A stretch of 64,000 bases of DNA from Pristiophorus japonicus (Eukaryota). The DNA is taken from the NCBI RefSeq assembly GCF_044704955.1, contig NC_091984.1:105710001-105774000 (forward strand), read 5' to 3'. The notes beneath the pieces are model-generated. The model saw only the letters and a program-made list of their open reading frames with translations. It did not search any database and had not been told where the DNA came from. This document shows, piece by piece, positions 48,545-61,515 of the stretch (within the stretch, counting starts at the first letter, position 1; each line of letters starts with the position of its first letter). Made by a program: the position numbers and the translations under genes.

Positions 48545-51400
48545 CATAAGAACATAAGAATTAGGAGCAGGAGTAGGCAATTTGGCCCCTCGAGCCTGCT
48601 CCGCCATTCAATAAGATCCTGGCTGATTTTCTACCTCAACTCCATTTTCCCGCACTATCCCCATATCCCTTGATTCCCTTAATATTCAAAAATGCATCGA
48701 TCTCTACCTTGAATATAATAAATGACTGAGCATCCACAGCCCTCAGGGGTAGAGAATTCCAAAGATTCACCATCCTCTGAGTGAGGAAATTTCTCCTCAT
48801 CACAGTCCTAACTGCCCGATTCTAACAATATCTCAACAGTGGATAGTCAAGGGGCTAATGGGGGAGAGGAACTTAAAACAATCACAATCACTAAGGAGGT
48901 GGTACTCAGGAAGATAATGGGACTAAAGGCAGATAAATCCCCCGGACCTGATGACTTGCATCTTAGGGTCTTAAGAGAAGTAGCGGCAGGGATAGTGGAT
49001 GCATTGGTTGTAATTTACCAAAATTCCCTGGATTCTGGGGAGGTCCCAGCAGATTGGAAAACTGCAAATGTAATGCCCCTATTTAAGAAAGGAGGCAGAC
49101 AAAAAGCAGGAAACTATAGACCAGTTAGCCTAACATCTGAGATTGGGAAAATGTTGGAGTCCATTATTAAAGAAGCAGTAACAGGATATTTGGAAAAGCA
49201 TAATTCAGTCAGGCAGTCAGCATAGATTTATGAAGGGGAAGTCATGTTTGACAAATTTGCTGGAATTCTTTGAGGATGTAACAAAGAGGGTGGATAAAGG
49301 GGAACCAGTGGATGTGATGTATTTGGATTTCCAGAAGGCATTTGACAAGGTGCCACATAAAAGGTTACTGCATAAGATAAAAGTTCAGGGGGTTGGGGGT
49401 AATAGATAGAGGATTGGCTAACAAACAGAAAACAGAGAGTTGGGATAAATGGTTCATTCTCTGGTTGGCAATTAGTAACTAGTAGGGTGCCACAGGGATC
49501 AGTGCTGGGACCCCAACTATTTACAATCTATATTAAAGACTTGGAAGAAAGGACCAAGTGTAATATAGCCAGGTTTGCTGACAATACAAACATGGGAGGA
49601 AAAGTAATGTGTGAGGAGGACATAAAAAATCTGCAAAAGGACATAGACAGGCTAAGTAAGTGGGCAAAAATTTGGCACATGGAGTATAATGTTGGAAAGT
49701 GTGAGGTCATGCACTTTGGCAGAAAAAAATCAAAGAGCAAATTATTATTTAAATGGAGAAAAATTGCAAAGTGCTGCAGTACAGCGGGACCTAGGGGTAC
49801 TTGTGCATTAAATGCAAAAGGTTAATATGCAGGTAAAGCAAGTGATCAGGAAGGCCAATGGAATTTTGGCTTTTATTGCAAAGGGGATGGAGTCTAAACG
49901 CAGGGAAGTCTTGCTACAATTATACAGGTTTTTGGTGAGGCCACACCTTGAATACTGAGTGCAGTTTTGTTTTCCATATTTACGAAAGGATATACTTGTT
50001 TTGGAGACAGTTCAGAGAAGGTTCACTAGGTTGATTCCGGAGATGAGGGGGTTGACTTATGAGGAACAGTTGAGGAGGTTGGGCCTCTACTCATTGGAAT
50101 TCAGAAGAATGAGAAGTGATCTTATCGAAACGTATAAGATTATGAGGGGGCTTGACAAAGTGGATGCGGAGAGGATGTTACCACTAATGGGGGAGACTAA
50201 AACTAGAGGGCATAATCTTAGAATAAGGGACCGCCCATTTAAAACTGAGATGAGGAGGAATTTCTTCTCTCAGAGGGTTGCAAATCTGTGAAATTTGCTG
50301 CCTCAGAGAGCTGTGGAAGCTGGGACATTGAATAAATTTAAGACAGAGATAGACAGTTTCTTAACCGATAAGGGATTAAGGGGTTATGAGGTGCAGGCAG
50401 GGAAGTGGACCTTTCCGACCCATCCAGGCAATCGAAACTAGTCCAGGAGATTACCCTGGCCATATTCAATTCGCTGGAGTACTTACCATCATATCTGCGC
50501 CAGCCAACAAGAGGTTATCCAGTCTAATCCCACTTACCAGCAATAGGTCCGTAACCCTGCAAGTTACGGCACTTCAAGTGCTCATCCAAGCACCTTTTAA
50601 ATGTGCTGAGGGTTTCTGCATCCACCACCCTTCCAGACAGTGAGTTCCAGACCCCCACAACCCTCTGCATGAAGAATCCTCCCCTCAAATCCTCTCTGAA
50701 CTTTCCACCAACCACCTTAAAACTATGCCCCCTTGTAATTGACCCCTCCACCATGCAAAATAGGCCCTTGCTAGCCACTATATCCAGGCCTCAATGAGGT
50801 CTCCTCTTAGCCTTCTCTGTTCCAATGAGAACAAACCCATCCTATCCAATCTGTCCTCATAGCTAAGATTCTCCATTCCAGGCAGCATCCTAGTAAATCT
50901 CCTCTGCACCCTCTCTAGTGCAATCACACCCTTCCTATAATACAACGACCAGAACTGCTTGCAGTACTCCAGCTGTAGCCTAACCAGAGTATTATACAAT
51001 TTAAGCATAACCTCCCTGCTTTTGTATTCTATGCCTCAGCCAATAAAGGCAAGCATTCTGTATGCCTTCTTAACCATCTTATCCACCTGGCCTGCTACTT
51101 TCAGGGATTTGAGGACAAGCACTCCAAGGTCCCTTTGTTCATCCACACTTTTAAGTGGCCTACCCTTTCCTTATTAGTCCTCCCAAAGTGCATTACCTCA
51201 CACTTTTCCGAATTAAATTCCATTTGCCACTGCTCTGCCCACCTGACCAGTAGATTGATATCCTCCTGCAGTCCATGACTTTCCTCTTCATCATCAACCA
51301 CACAGCCAATTTTAGTGTAATCTGCAAACTTCTTAATCATACTCCCTATATTCAAATCTAGATCATTGATTTATACCACTAAAAGCAAGGGACCCAGTAC
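48545..51400. mobile_element. Cluster of CR1 fragments: 48545-48820 (-), 48821-50410 (+), 50411-51400 (-)
   Basis: CR1 ORF2 motifs (ADKSPGPD, NYRPVSLTS, PQGSVLGP, FAD) and 3' tails in both orientations. Confidence 0.85.
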
Positions 51401-52930
51401 TGAATCCTGTTATCTAAGTTGTTACCAACTACAGTGAATAGTTGAAGCCCCAATACAGATCCCTGTTGGACACCACTAGTCACATCCTGCCAATTAGAGT
51501 ACCTGTCCATTATCCCAACTCTCTGTCTCTTGCCGCTTAGCCAATCTCCTAACCAGGTCAATAATTTGCCCTCAATTCCATGAGCTCCAACTTTAGCTAA
51601 CAGACTCTTATATGGAACTATATTGAATGCCTTCTGGAAGTCCACATAAATAACATCCCACCATCCACTACTTTAGTCACCTCTTCAAAAAATTCAATCA
51701 GGTTCATCAGGCATAAGCTATCCTTTACAAATCCATGCTGATTCTCTCTGATCAGTCAAAATATTCAAGGTGTTCAGTCACTCTATCCTTTATTATAGAC
51801 TCTAGTAATTTCCCAACAACAGATGCAAGGCTAACTGGTCTATAATTCCCTGGTTTCCCTCTCTCATCTTTCATAAATGGAAGATTATAGTTAGGGCAAC
51901 TGCAATATTCTCACCAACTTCCTTTAAAGCCTTGGGATGGAAACCATCTGGTTCTGGGGATCTGTCACGCTTTAGTGCCATTATTTTCTTCATTACTGTT
52001 AATTATGGTGAGTCCCTGTCCCTGATTCAAAATTAGCTTCCTTGGGATGTCAAGCATATTATCTCTTCCTCTACTATAAATACTGACACAAAATAATTAT
52101 TTAACATGTCTGCCATTTTCTTATTTTCATTTACAGTATCACCATTATCATTTTTAAGGGGCCCACCTGGCCATCCTCTTTTTCCTAATATAATTGTAAA
52201 AAAAAATTGTGTTGATTTTGATAGCTCTTGCAAGTTTCTTTCCATACTCCCTTTTTATAGCTCTTACTTTCTGTTTTGTGACCCTTTGCTGTTCTTCGCA
52301 TATCTCCCATTTGCCAGGACCTGTTATTTTTTGCATTGTTGTATGCTTTTTCTTGTAATTTTATGTTGTCCCTTTCCTTTTTTGTCATCCATGGCTGGGT
52401 TTTTTTTTGCAAATAGAGCTCTTGCCCCTTAGGGGTATAAACTGGTTCTATATCATATTAATTATTTTTTGAAAGCCTTCCACTGATCTTCTGTCATTTT
52501 ACCCATTAACAGATTTGCCAATTTATGGTGGACAGTCTCTGTTTCATCCCATTGAAGTTGGCCTTACCTAAATCTACAATCCTAGAAGCAGTTTTTGGTT
52601 TTTCAATTTCAAACACAACATTCAAATCAATCATATTATGGTCGCTGGTAGATACATGTTCACTCATACTTAGGACTGGATTTTCGATTAACTTGCGCCC
52701 CGTTTAGCGCCTGGGTGGGGTGCAAAAACTAACTTTTGGTCGCAAAATGGGGCGCACATTTTGCGCCCGGGCGGAACTTTTGGCAGTGGTTTTGCGGCAG
52801 CGCCATAACTTAGTGCCCACCTGTTGTTTTCAGCGTATGGATGATGTCAATCGTCATGCAACGCTGTGCTAGCACCCCAGGCGGAACTTTCAAGCATAGC
52901 GCCTGATTTAACGTCTACCCGGGAACCCAA

Positions 52931-55497
52931 CCACTAAACAGTAGTAGTGAGGTTGGGGACAGCATCAACCAAGAAATTAGGGATGCGTGCAATAAAGGTA
53001 CAGCAGTTATCATGGGCGACTTTAATCTACATATTGACTGGGCTAACCAAACTGGTAGCAATGCGGTGGAGGAGGATTTCCTGGAGTGTATTAGGGATGG
53101 TTTTCTAGACCAATATGTCGAAGAACCAACTTGAGGGTTGGTCATCCAAGACTGGGTAATGTGTAATGAGAAAGGACTAATTAGCAATCTTGTTGAGCGA
53201 GGCCTCTTGGGAAAGAGTGACCATAATATGGTAGAATTCTTTATTAAGATGGAGAGTGACACATTTAATTCAGAGACTAGGGTCCTGAACTTAAGGAAAG
53301 GTAACTTCGATGGTATGAGATGTGAATTGACTAGAATAGACTGGCGAATTATACTTAAAGGGTTAACGGTGGATAGGCAATGGCAAACATTTAAAGATCA
53401 CATGGATGAACTTCAACAATTACAAATCCCTGTCTGGAGTAAAAATAAAACAGGGAAGGTGGCTCAGCTGTGGCTAACAAGGGAAATTAAGGATAATGTT
53501 AAATCCAAGGAAGAGGCATACAAATTGGCCAGAAAAAGCAGCAAACCTGAGGACTGGGAGAATTTTATAATTCAGCAGAGGAGGACAAAGGGTTTAATTA
53601 GGAGAGGGAAAATAGAGCATGAGAGGAAGCTTGCAGGGAACATAAAAACTGACTGCAAAAGCTTCTATAGATATGCGAAGAGAAAAAGATTAGTGAAAAC
53701 AAACGTAGGTCCCTTGCAGTCAGATTCAGGTGAATTTATAATGGGGAACAAATAAATGCCGGACCAGTTGAACAAATACTTTGGTTCTGTCTTCATGAAG
53801 GAAGACACAAATAACCTTCCGGAAATACTTGGGGACCGAAGGTCCAGTGAGAAGGAGGAACTGAAGGAAATCCTTATTAGGCGGGAAATTGTGTTAGGGA
53901 AATTGATGGGATTGAAGGCCGATAAATCCCTGGGGCCTGATAGTCTGCATCCCAGAGTACTTAAGGAAGTGGCCCTAGAAATAGTGGATGCATTGGTGAT
54001 AATTTTCCAACAGTCTTTCGACTCTGGATCAGTTCCTATGGACTGGAGGGTAGCTAATGTAACACCACTTTTTAAGAAAGGAGGGAGAGAGAAAACAGGT
54101 AATTATAGACCGGTTAGCCTGACATCAGTAGTGGGGAAAATGTTGGAATCAAATATTAAAGATGAAATAGCAGTGCATTTGGAAAGCAGTGACAGGATAC
54201 ATCCAAGTCAGCATGGATTGATGAAAGGGTAATCATGCTAAACAACTCTTCCAGAATTCTTTGAGGATGTAACTAGTAGAGTGGACAAGGGAGAACCAGT
54301 GGATGTGGTGTATTTGGACTTTCAAAAGGTTTTTGACAAGGTCCCACACAAGAGATTGGTGTGCAAAATTAAGGCACCTAGTATTGGGGGTAATGTACTG
54401 ACGTGGATAGAGAACTGGTTGGCAGGCAGGAAACAGAGAGTCGGGATAAACGTGTCCTTTTCAGAATGGCAGGCAGTGACTAGTGGGATGCCGCAGGGAT
54501 CAGTGCTGGGACGCCAGCTATTTACAATATACATTAATGATTTGGATGAAGGAATTGAGTGTAATATCTCCAAGTTTGCAGACGACACTAAGCTGGATGG
54601 CGGTGTGAGCTGTGAGGAAGACACTAAGAGGCTGCAGGGTGACTTGGACAGGTTAGGCGAGTGGGCAAATGCATGGCAGATGCAGTATAATGTGGATAAA
54701 TGTGAGGTTATCCACTTTGGTGGCAAAAACACGAAGGCAGCATATCATCTGAATGGCGGCAGATTAGGAAAAGGGGAGGTGCAACGAGACCTGGGTGTCA
54801 TGTAACATCAGTCATTGAAAGTTGACATGCAGGTACAGCAGGCAGTGAAGAAGGCAAAAGTATGTTGGCCTTCATAGCTAGGGGATTTGAGTATAGGAGC
54901 AGGGAGGTCTTACTGGAGTTGTACAGGGCCTTTTAGTGAGGCCTCACCTGGAATATTGTGTTCAGTTTTCGTCTCTAATCTAAAGAAAGACGTTCTTGCT
55001 ATTGAGGGAGTGCAGCGAAGGTTCACCAGGCTGATTCCCGGGATGGCAGGACTGACATATGAGGGGAGACTGGATCGACTGGGCCTGTATTCACTGGAGT
55101 TTAGAAGAATGAGAGGGGATCTCATAGAAACATATAAAATTCTGACGGGACGGGACAGGTTAGATGAAGGAATAATGTTCCCGATGTTGGGGAAGTCCAG
55201 AACCAGGGGACATAGTCTACGGATAAGGGGTAAGCCATTTAGGACAGAGATGAGGAGAAACTTCTTCACTCAGAGTTGTTAATCTGTGGAATTCCCTGCC
55301 GCAGAGAGTTGTTGATGCCAGTTCGTTGGATATATTCAAGAGGGAGTTAGAGGCTCTTACATCTAAAGGGATCAAGGGGTATGGAGAGAAAGTAGGAAAG
55401 GGATACTGAGGTGAATGATCAGCCATGATCTTATTGAGTGGTGGTGCAGGCTCGAAGGGCCGAATGGCCTACTGCTCACCTATTTTCTATGTTTCTA
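52931..55497 (+). mobile_element. CR1 LINE (2.6 kb) nested in the Harbinger
   Basis: Long ORF2 fragments (GDFNL, SDH, NYRPVSLTS, YLDFQK, FADD) and a TTTCTATGTTTCTA tail. AAACAGT occurs at both junctions. Confidence 0.92.
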
Positions 55498-56181
55498 AAA
55501 CAGTTGCACCCAGGGTGCACCCGGCGCTAATGGCGCCATCCTTAAAATGGAGGATAAGTTTTAAATCTAATGCTGTTTTGTAACGATATCAAATCGTTGA
55601 AATTAATAAAAATGGAGAAGCTTACTACAGTGGTGATCTTTTTTTTCTGTAACTCAAAACCTGAATATATCTTTGGCATTTGGAAGGAATAGATAATGTC
55701 ACATTTAGTGACTAATGATATGTTGTTAAATTTTCTGTTCTGAGCAAACTTTTTCTTGTGTTGATGTATGGATGACTCTGTCCAACAGATGTTGCTCCCT
55801 TCATTGGCATTACTGGGCTATTTTCTTCTCTTCAAAGCCAATTATAATGGCTCACCACTGTCCTGGCTGAGATCAGAAAACTTCGTGCAGGCAAGTAGGT
55901 TAAGCCTGCGACTTTTTTGATCTGCAGACCAGTTTTTAATGTTCCATTTTCTTCATCTAGTGAAAGTGAATGGAGGGGTAGGGAAAGGGATGGCCAGGTG
56001 CAGTCTGCTCTGACTAATCATCCATATGTGTTGAATTTCTAGAAGGTTCACTAAACCATCTGTCATTGCCTTGGGACATGAGCCAATTATATAGTGGCCA
56101 TTGCTGTCAAAGGATTGGGAGAAGAAGGCTGCGTTTTTCATAATGAAGTGTTGTAAAGGATATTTAAGGACATTTTAAAAG

Positions 56182-57359
56182 ACGGGGGCTATACTATGTC
56201 AGCCATTATTCCTGGATGCTATATTTATACGTCATCGAGCTGCAAGAAGGCTTATTGATGATCATTTTCAACAGAATCGAAGCTGTCGCAGACGTAAAGG
56301 GAGGAGACCTTATCCCCAATGAGTTTACAGGGAACAGCATTCATACCTGCAGCTCTCTGAGGCACAGTGTGTTAGAAGGCTGCGTTTCTGAAAAGAAGTG
56401 CTGACAGAGATATGCCAGCTCATAAAGGCAGACCTACAGCCTACCAGCGGCAACAGGACTACATTGCCCGTCGAGGTGAAGGTGACTGCGGCACTTGCCT
56501 TCTATGCCTCCAGCTCCTTTCAGGCATCATCTCACAGCATGCTACACATTGCAGCATTCACCAGGTGACTCCTGCACTGTACGCACGCAGGATGGACTTC
56601 ATAAATTTACCAATGACCAAGGAGGCCCAGAATAAGAGGGCTGTAGGTTTTGCACAATTTGTTGGCTTCCCCAAGATTCAGGGTGCGATTGACTGTATGC
56701 ACGTTGCCCTGTGAGCACCTTTACACAATCCAGAGGTTTACCGAAACCGAAAGGGATTCCACTCCATGAATGTACAGATCGTCTGCGACCATACTCAGCC
56801 CATCATGGCAGTCAATGCCCAATATTCAGGGAGCATTCATGATGCTTTCATGTTGCATAAGTGCACTGTCTCAGGCCTGTTCCAGCATCAACTACAAGAC
56901 CAGAGCTGGATGCTGGGGGACAGAGGTTACGGCCTCACCACCTGGCTCATGACCCCTCTCTGGAACCCTCAGACAGAAGCCGAGCATTGCTATAATGAGA
57001 GCCATGCAGCCACATGCAACATCATCGAACAGACAATTGGAGTGTTCAAGCTGCGCGTCCGATGCCAGGACCACTCTGGAGGCTGCCTGCAATACTCCCC
57101 TGAGCAGGTCACTGAGTTCACTGTGGTGTGTTGCATGCTACACAACTTAGCTATCATGACGGGACAGGATTTGCCAATGGGGATTGCAGGAGAACCTCAG
57201 GAGAGAGGGGAGGAGAAGGAGGACGAGGATGAGAAAAAGGAGCCTGGCGAGGAAGCCATGCCACCACTACCCCTGCCACAACCACAGGGGAGGTATCGTG
57301 GAAAGTTCTCGACTGCAAAAGCCATACTTCAGCAGCTCATAATTGAACGCTTTGCTTGA
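56182..57359 (+). pseudogene. Harbinger DDE transposase (HARBI1-like), disabled
   Basis: RRPYP..VYRE..SYL, KVTAALAFYAS, GAIDCMH, NRKGFHSMNVQ, HDA, GDRGY, IEQTIG..K.R, CCMLHN. Start codon reads ACG, there are three in-frame TGA stops, and one frameshifting deletion. Confidence 0.9.
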
Positions 57360-57649
57360 AGAGTGAACGGCAGGTTTGACCGTTGCCTGGGCACTCTATC
57401 CCACCATGTTGACTATTCCCCTCTTATTCTGCAAATGAGACACTACACAGGAATTGTTAAGGTAAACAACAAATTTTATGAAAAATGTAAACCTTTGTAA
57501 ACTTTCAAACATTGCAAACTTTAATAAATATTCAGAACTTTTATAACTTAATATTAACAAAATGTTAAAGCTTTAATAAAATAACAATGACAACAACAGC
57601 AACAACAACGAGAACAACACAACAAACCCTGCCCCAACATCTTTTAGCA

Positions 57650-59436
57650 CCGGATCCTCCCACCCCTTACCCTTAGCCAAGCTCCCTCCTTCACTTGCTC
57701 CCCCTACTCAAAGTGGTAAGAGTTTGTGCAGCAAGGCGGCCAGAGTCCTGCTGTATTTGGAGGAGAGACATTGGAGACACTGTGTGGGGATGTACTGGAG
57801 AAGCTCGGGGTATGGAAGGCCCTGCTTCTGACTGGCAAGCCTCCTGCTCAGCGTCGCCAGTCACAGGTGGTGTGGGTCTGGATGTGACACTGGGGACTGC
57901 AGTGTCACTGGTGGAGGCCTTCAGTAACGTGTGGGCATTGATGGCCTTGTAGGTTTCATGGCCCGCACAGACAATCTGCGACCCTACCTCCGTGATGGTC
58001 GCAGTGATTGTCTCAATACTCGCGGGAATCCTACCCAGGACGTCAAGGAGCTGTCGGGTGAGCTGGATGCTCTCCCTGGACAGTCCACCATGTCCAGTTT
58101 TGCGACGGCCTGTCTGTAAGCAGACTGACTTTGCCGACTCACCCTCCGGAGAGGTGGCATACGGGATTCGATTCCAGAAGTGTGTTGCTGCACACCACTA
58201 GTCCCAGGAGCCTCAGATGTGTCAAAGCTCGAGAATGTAGCTTCATCCTCAGAAGACTTGTTTCCTGGTGCCAAAAGAGGTGTGGAGTGCATCTGCCCCC
58301 CCCCCCTCCGCAATTGGCTCCTCACTGCTCTCTTCCTCTTCCTCCCCCCCTGCCCCCCTCCCCACCACATCATGGCCTGGTGTGGAGGGTTCATGAGAAG
58401 CATGCAGTGCCTGTGACTCTTCATCTGGAAGTAGAAAGTAACAGACGCGTGGTTAGCAGCAGGGGAGGGGACAGGGTGACTTGAGGAAGGTAACCTAACG
58501 CAGGCTCATTTGAAGGACTGCCACTACTCCATTATATGTAGTCCAGAGACAATGCATCACATTGCCCCAACCCTAGCCCACAGATACTACATCACATTGC
58601 CCCAATTCTACTCCACAGACACTGCATCACATTGTCCCAACCTAGCCCAGGGAGTGTGCAGGACTTACTCTCACTTTCCAAATGGGGGTCAGCACCCCCA
58701 GCAGCAGTTGCCCGACTGGAGACACCGATGAGGCCTGCCACTCGTTCTTCCACGTGAGTCAGTAGCAGGATGTGAGCCCGACCACCACTTTTCTGCCATT
58801 GCTCCTGACGGTTATGGGACTTCTTTGTCTGAAAAGATGAAATGGGAATGGTTACCAGAGAGTCCATCTGCTCTTGTGGCACACACAGATAGCCACCAAA
58901 GCACTTGTACCATACTGTGTGAATGTAATACAGTCCTATGTTTAATGGCCTTGGAAGTTGTATGTTGTTCATCAGGAGGACATCGAAGTGCGGAAACATC
59001 TTATTAGATCTCAGAAAGTAATTTAATAATATGTAAAGATTATTCATGGCAAATAGGGTGCCAGACTAAGCCTACTTATGTGTGATGCATTTTAGGAGGC
59101 AATCCACAATCTGTTGAGACCCAGCAATAGCATTAGAACAAATAGTGTGTCAGATTTATAATTTCAGTAATGAACAAGTGCATGAATAAAAATGCTACTC
59201 ACTCTGACGATCCTGGTCAGATCGTTAAATTTTTTGCGATACTGGGTGCCGGTTCGAGGAACAGTGCCGCAGGTAGAGACCTCCTCAGTGATCTCCCTCC
59301 AGATCTTCGTAAATATTGGTGGGAGGGGTATACTTACACCCCTCCTGTGTAATTCTGCCCATCTCCTTTCCACTGCACTAACTAGGGCCTCCTTTGCCTC
59401 ATTGTTAAACCTCCTCACCTGTTGCCTGTCCTCCAT
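57650..59436 (-). pseudogene. Harbinger Myb/SANT-like DNA-binding gene, three exons (59436-59203, 58828-58669, 58424 to about 57650)
   Basis: RFNNEAKEALV...W.EI...RTGTQYRKKFNDL; GT/AG junctions in phase; frameshift in exon 3; 3' end approximate. Confidence 0.8.
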
Positions 59437-60547
59437 AATGGCGTGATGCTCAATAAACCAAAATGAAAATCAAATGGCTGATTCAGCCTCGGGTATACTG
59501 CGCATGCATGGGCACTCCCTGCGATTGGACAGCTGACCAGAAGCACGGGAAGAAGAAAAAAAAAATTCCCCCCCCCCAAAAATTGCACATGTGCAGAGGG
59601 CCGATTTTTTAACAAAGAAAAATAAAATTCACGCATGCGCTGAGGAACTGAAAATCTGGCGCCAAAAATCTGTTGTGCAATGCCAGAGTTAGTACGAACG
59701 CTCGTCGGCAACTTTCTGTTTGTGAAAGTTGCGCGCTCTGGCGCTAACGCTAACCTGGCCCCCCCCCCCAAAAAAATGTTGCTGCGATTTGCGCCTGAAA
59801 ATGGGCGAAATCGCAAAACCCCAAAAATCTGGCCCTTAGGTTGTTAACTAAATCTGGCTCATGGTTCTAGGGCATATTATTGCAGAAAACTATCCTGAAC
59901 ACACTCAAGAAATTTGCTACCTTTCTGACATGAGCTTGTCTGCTTATCCCAATCTATACAGAAGAAAAAATCCCCATTAAAACCACCCTGCCTTTGTTAC
60001 ATACTTGTCTAATCTCTACATTTACGCATTCTGCCACTTCACAGCTGCTACCAGGGCCCATACACAACTCCCATTACAGTCTTAAATGCTTTTCTATTTC
60101 TTAATCCTACCCATAAAGTCTCTACTGCCTGATTACCTCTCGTTATATCCTCTCCTATCATTGAAGTAATTTTGTCCTTAATCTCCACCTCTACCAATTT
60201 AATCATGCTTCCTGTAGAACTTATAACCTGGTACATTCAATTCACAATTCTAACCGTCTTGCAGCCATGTCCCTGTAATGGCTACCATGTCATACTCTCG
60301 AAGTTGAATTTTCACCTGCAATTCATTCAATTTGTTCCTTATACTCTGTGCATTTCTATAAAGAATGCTTATTTGGACCACACACCCTCCCCTGTCCTTA
60401 TGCTCTAATGTTCTGTTTCTCACACAGTTCTTATTTCTCTCTCATGATTTAATTACTTTACATCTTTTAATTTTCCTTTTACCTGTAGTGCCTAATGCAC
60501 AATTTCTGACTATTACTCTACTCTCTTCCTTTTTGTTTATTTTAAGA

Positions 60548-60700
60548 ACATAAGAACATAAGAAATAGGAGCAGGAGTAGGGCATACGGTCCCTTGAGTC
60601 TGCTCCGCTGTTCAATAAGATCATGGCTGATCATCGACTTCAACTCCACTTTTCTGCCTCATCTCCATATCCCTTGATTCCCCTAGACTCCAAAGATCTA
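60548..60700 (-). mobile_element. CR1 3' tail fragment
   Basis: ACATAAGAACATAAGAAATAGGAGCAGGAGTAGG is the reverse complement of the CR1 tail. Confidence 0.85.
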
Positions 60701-60739
60701 GAATTTAGAATTTAAAATATAGAATTGTTATTTATGCTA

Positions 60740-61515
60740 CCTTTTCCACCTGAGACCAGAGGAGATTTCCAGACTTCCTGAAGTCTCAAAAGGATGATAA
60801 TCAAGGAGAAGCAGGAAATTGCATAAGGATGAGGGTGAGTGGCAGTGGTGGGTGGCTAGATGGGGATCCAAAGAAGTGCATAGAATAGGATGGGTGCACA
60901 TGCAAGGTAAGCGGGTGTGAGGAGTGATATGATGGAGTAGGCTTGAAAAGGCACAGTGGGAGGTGGGCGATGATGCGCACAGTAGGATGAAGGTGAATGT
61001 GCAACTGTACTCGCCTTTTCTGACCTGCTTAGGTCATTAAAGTGCTTCCTGCACTGAATCCAGGAGTGTGGCACAATGCTCCTGCTGTTGACCTCCTAGG
61101 CCACCTCCAGCTTTGCCTTCTTTGTAGGAGCAGCAGGTCTCTTTCTTCCCATTGTTGAGGAAGTGTCTATCTCTCCATCTCCTCACTGACCCGATCAAGC
61201 GAGACGTCATTAAAGGAGGGCGCAGCCTTTGAGCATCCTGAGTCCATTGTGGAACTGCTGTCTCTATGCCAGACCTCCCAACTCCTCAAAATGCCAGCTT
61301 CGGATTGGCTCTTTAAATACTGGAGTTGAGTTTCAGCCGTGTGGGGCAGCACCATGCCCGCTGTCACGAATTCAATGCCAAACCCGGAAGTCAAATATAA
61401 CTGAGGTGGCTGTGTTAAAATGCCACGGACAAAGGTGGTGAAATTATTTTCGGGTTTCCCATGTGATACCAGACCCACCCGGCTCCCAACACACTTCACA
61501 GTTAATATCGGCACC
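60740..61515 (-). mobile_element. Old Harbinger remnant with a Myb/SANT exon
   Basis: WIQCRKHFNDL motif on the minus strand. Confidence 0.6.

Larger units (their letters stand above)
52673..59835. mobile_element. Full-length PIF/Harbinger DNA transposon
   Basis: TTA TSD at 52670-52672 and 59836-59838. Imperfect TIRs GGACTGGATTTT / GGGCCAGATTTT. GCGCC-rich subterminal regions. Convergent transposase and Myb/SANT genes. Confidence 0.85.
51400..60545 (-). mobile_element. Older CR1 LINE (51400-52672 plus 59836-60545), split by the Harbinger insertion
   Basis: Minus-strand RT fragments on the left (MDFQKAFNIVP, GVQQGSVLG) and endonuclease fragments on the right (VETLWVGLRN...MGVVYGP). Confidence 0.78.

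Noticed and set aside
56182-57359. Host HARBI1 gene
   Set aside because: It lies within TIRs and a TSD, is paired with a Myb/SANT gene, and has stops and a frameshift, so it is a transposon copy.
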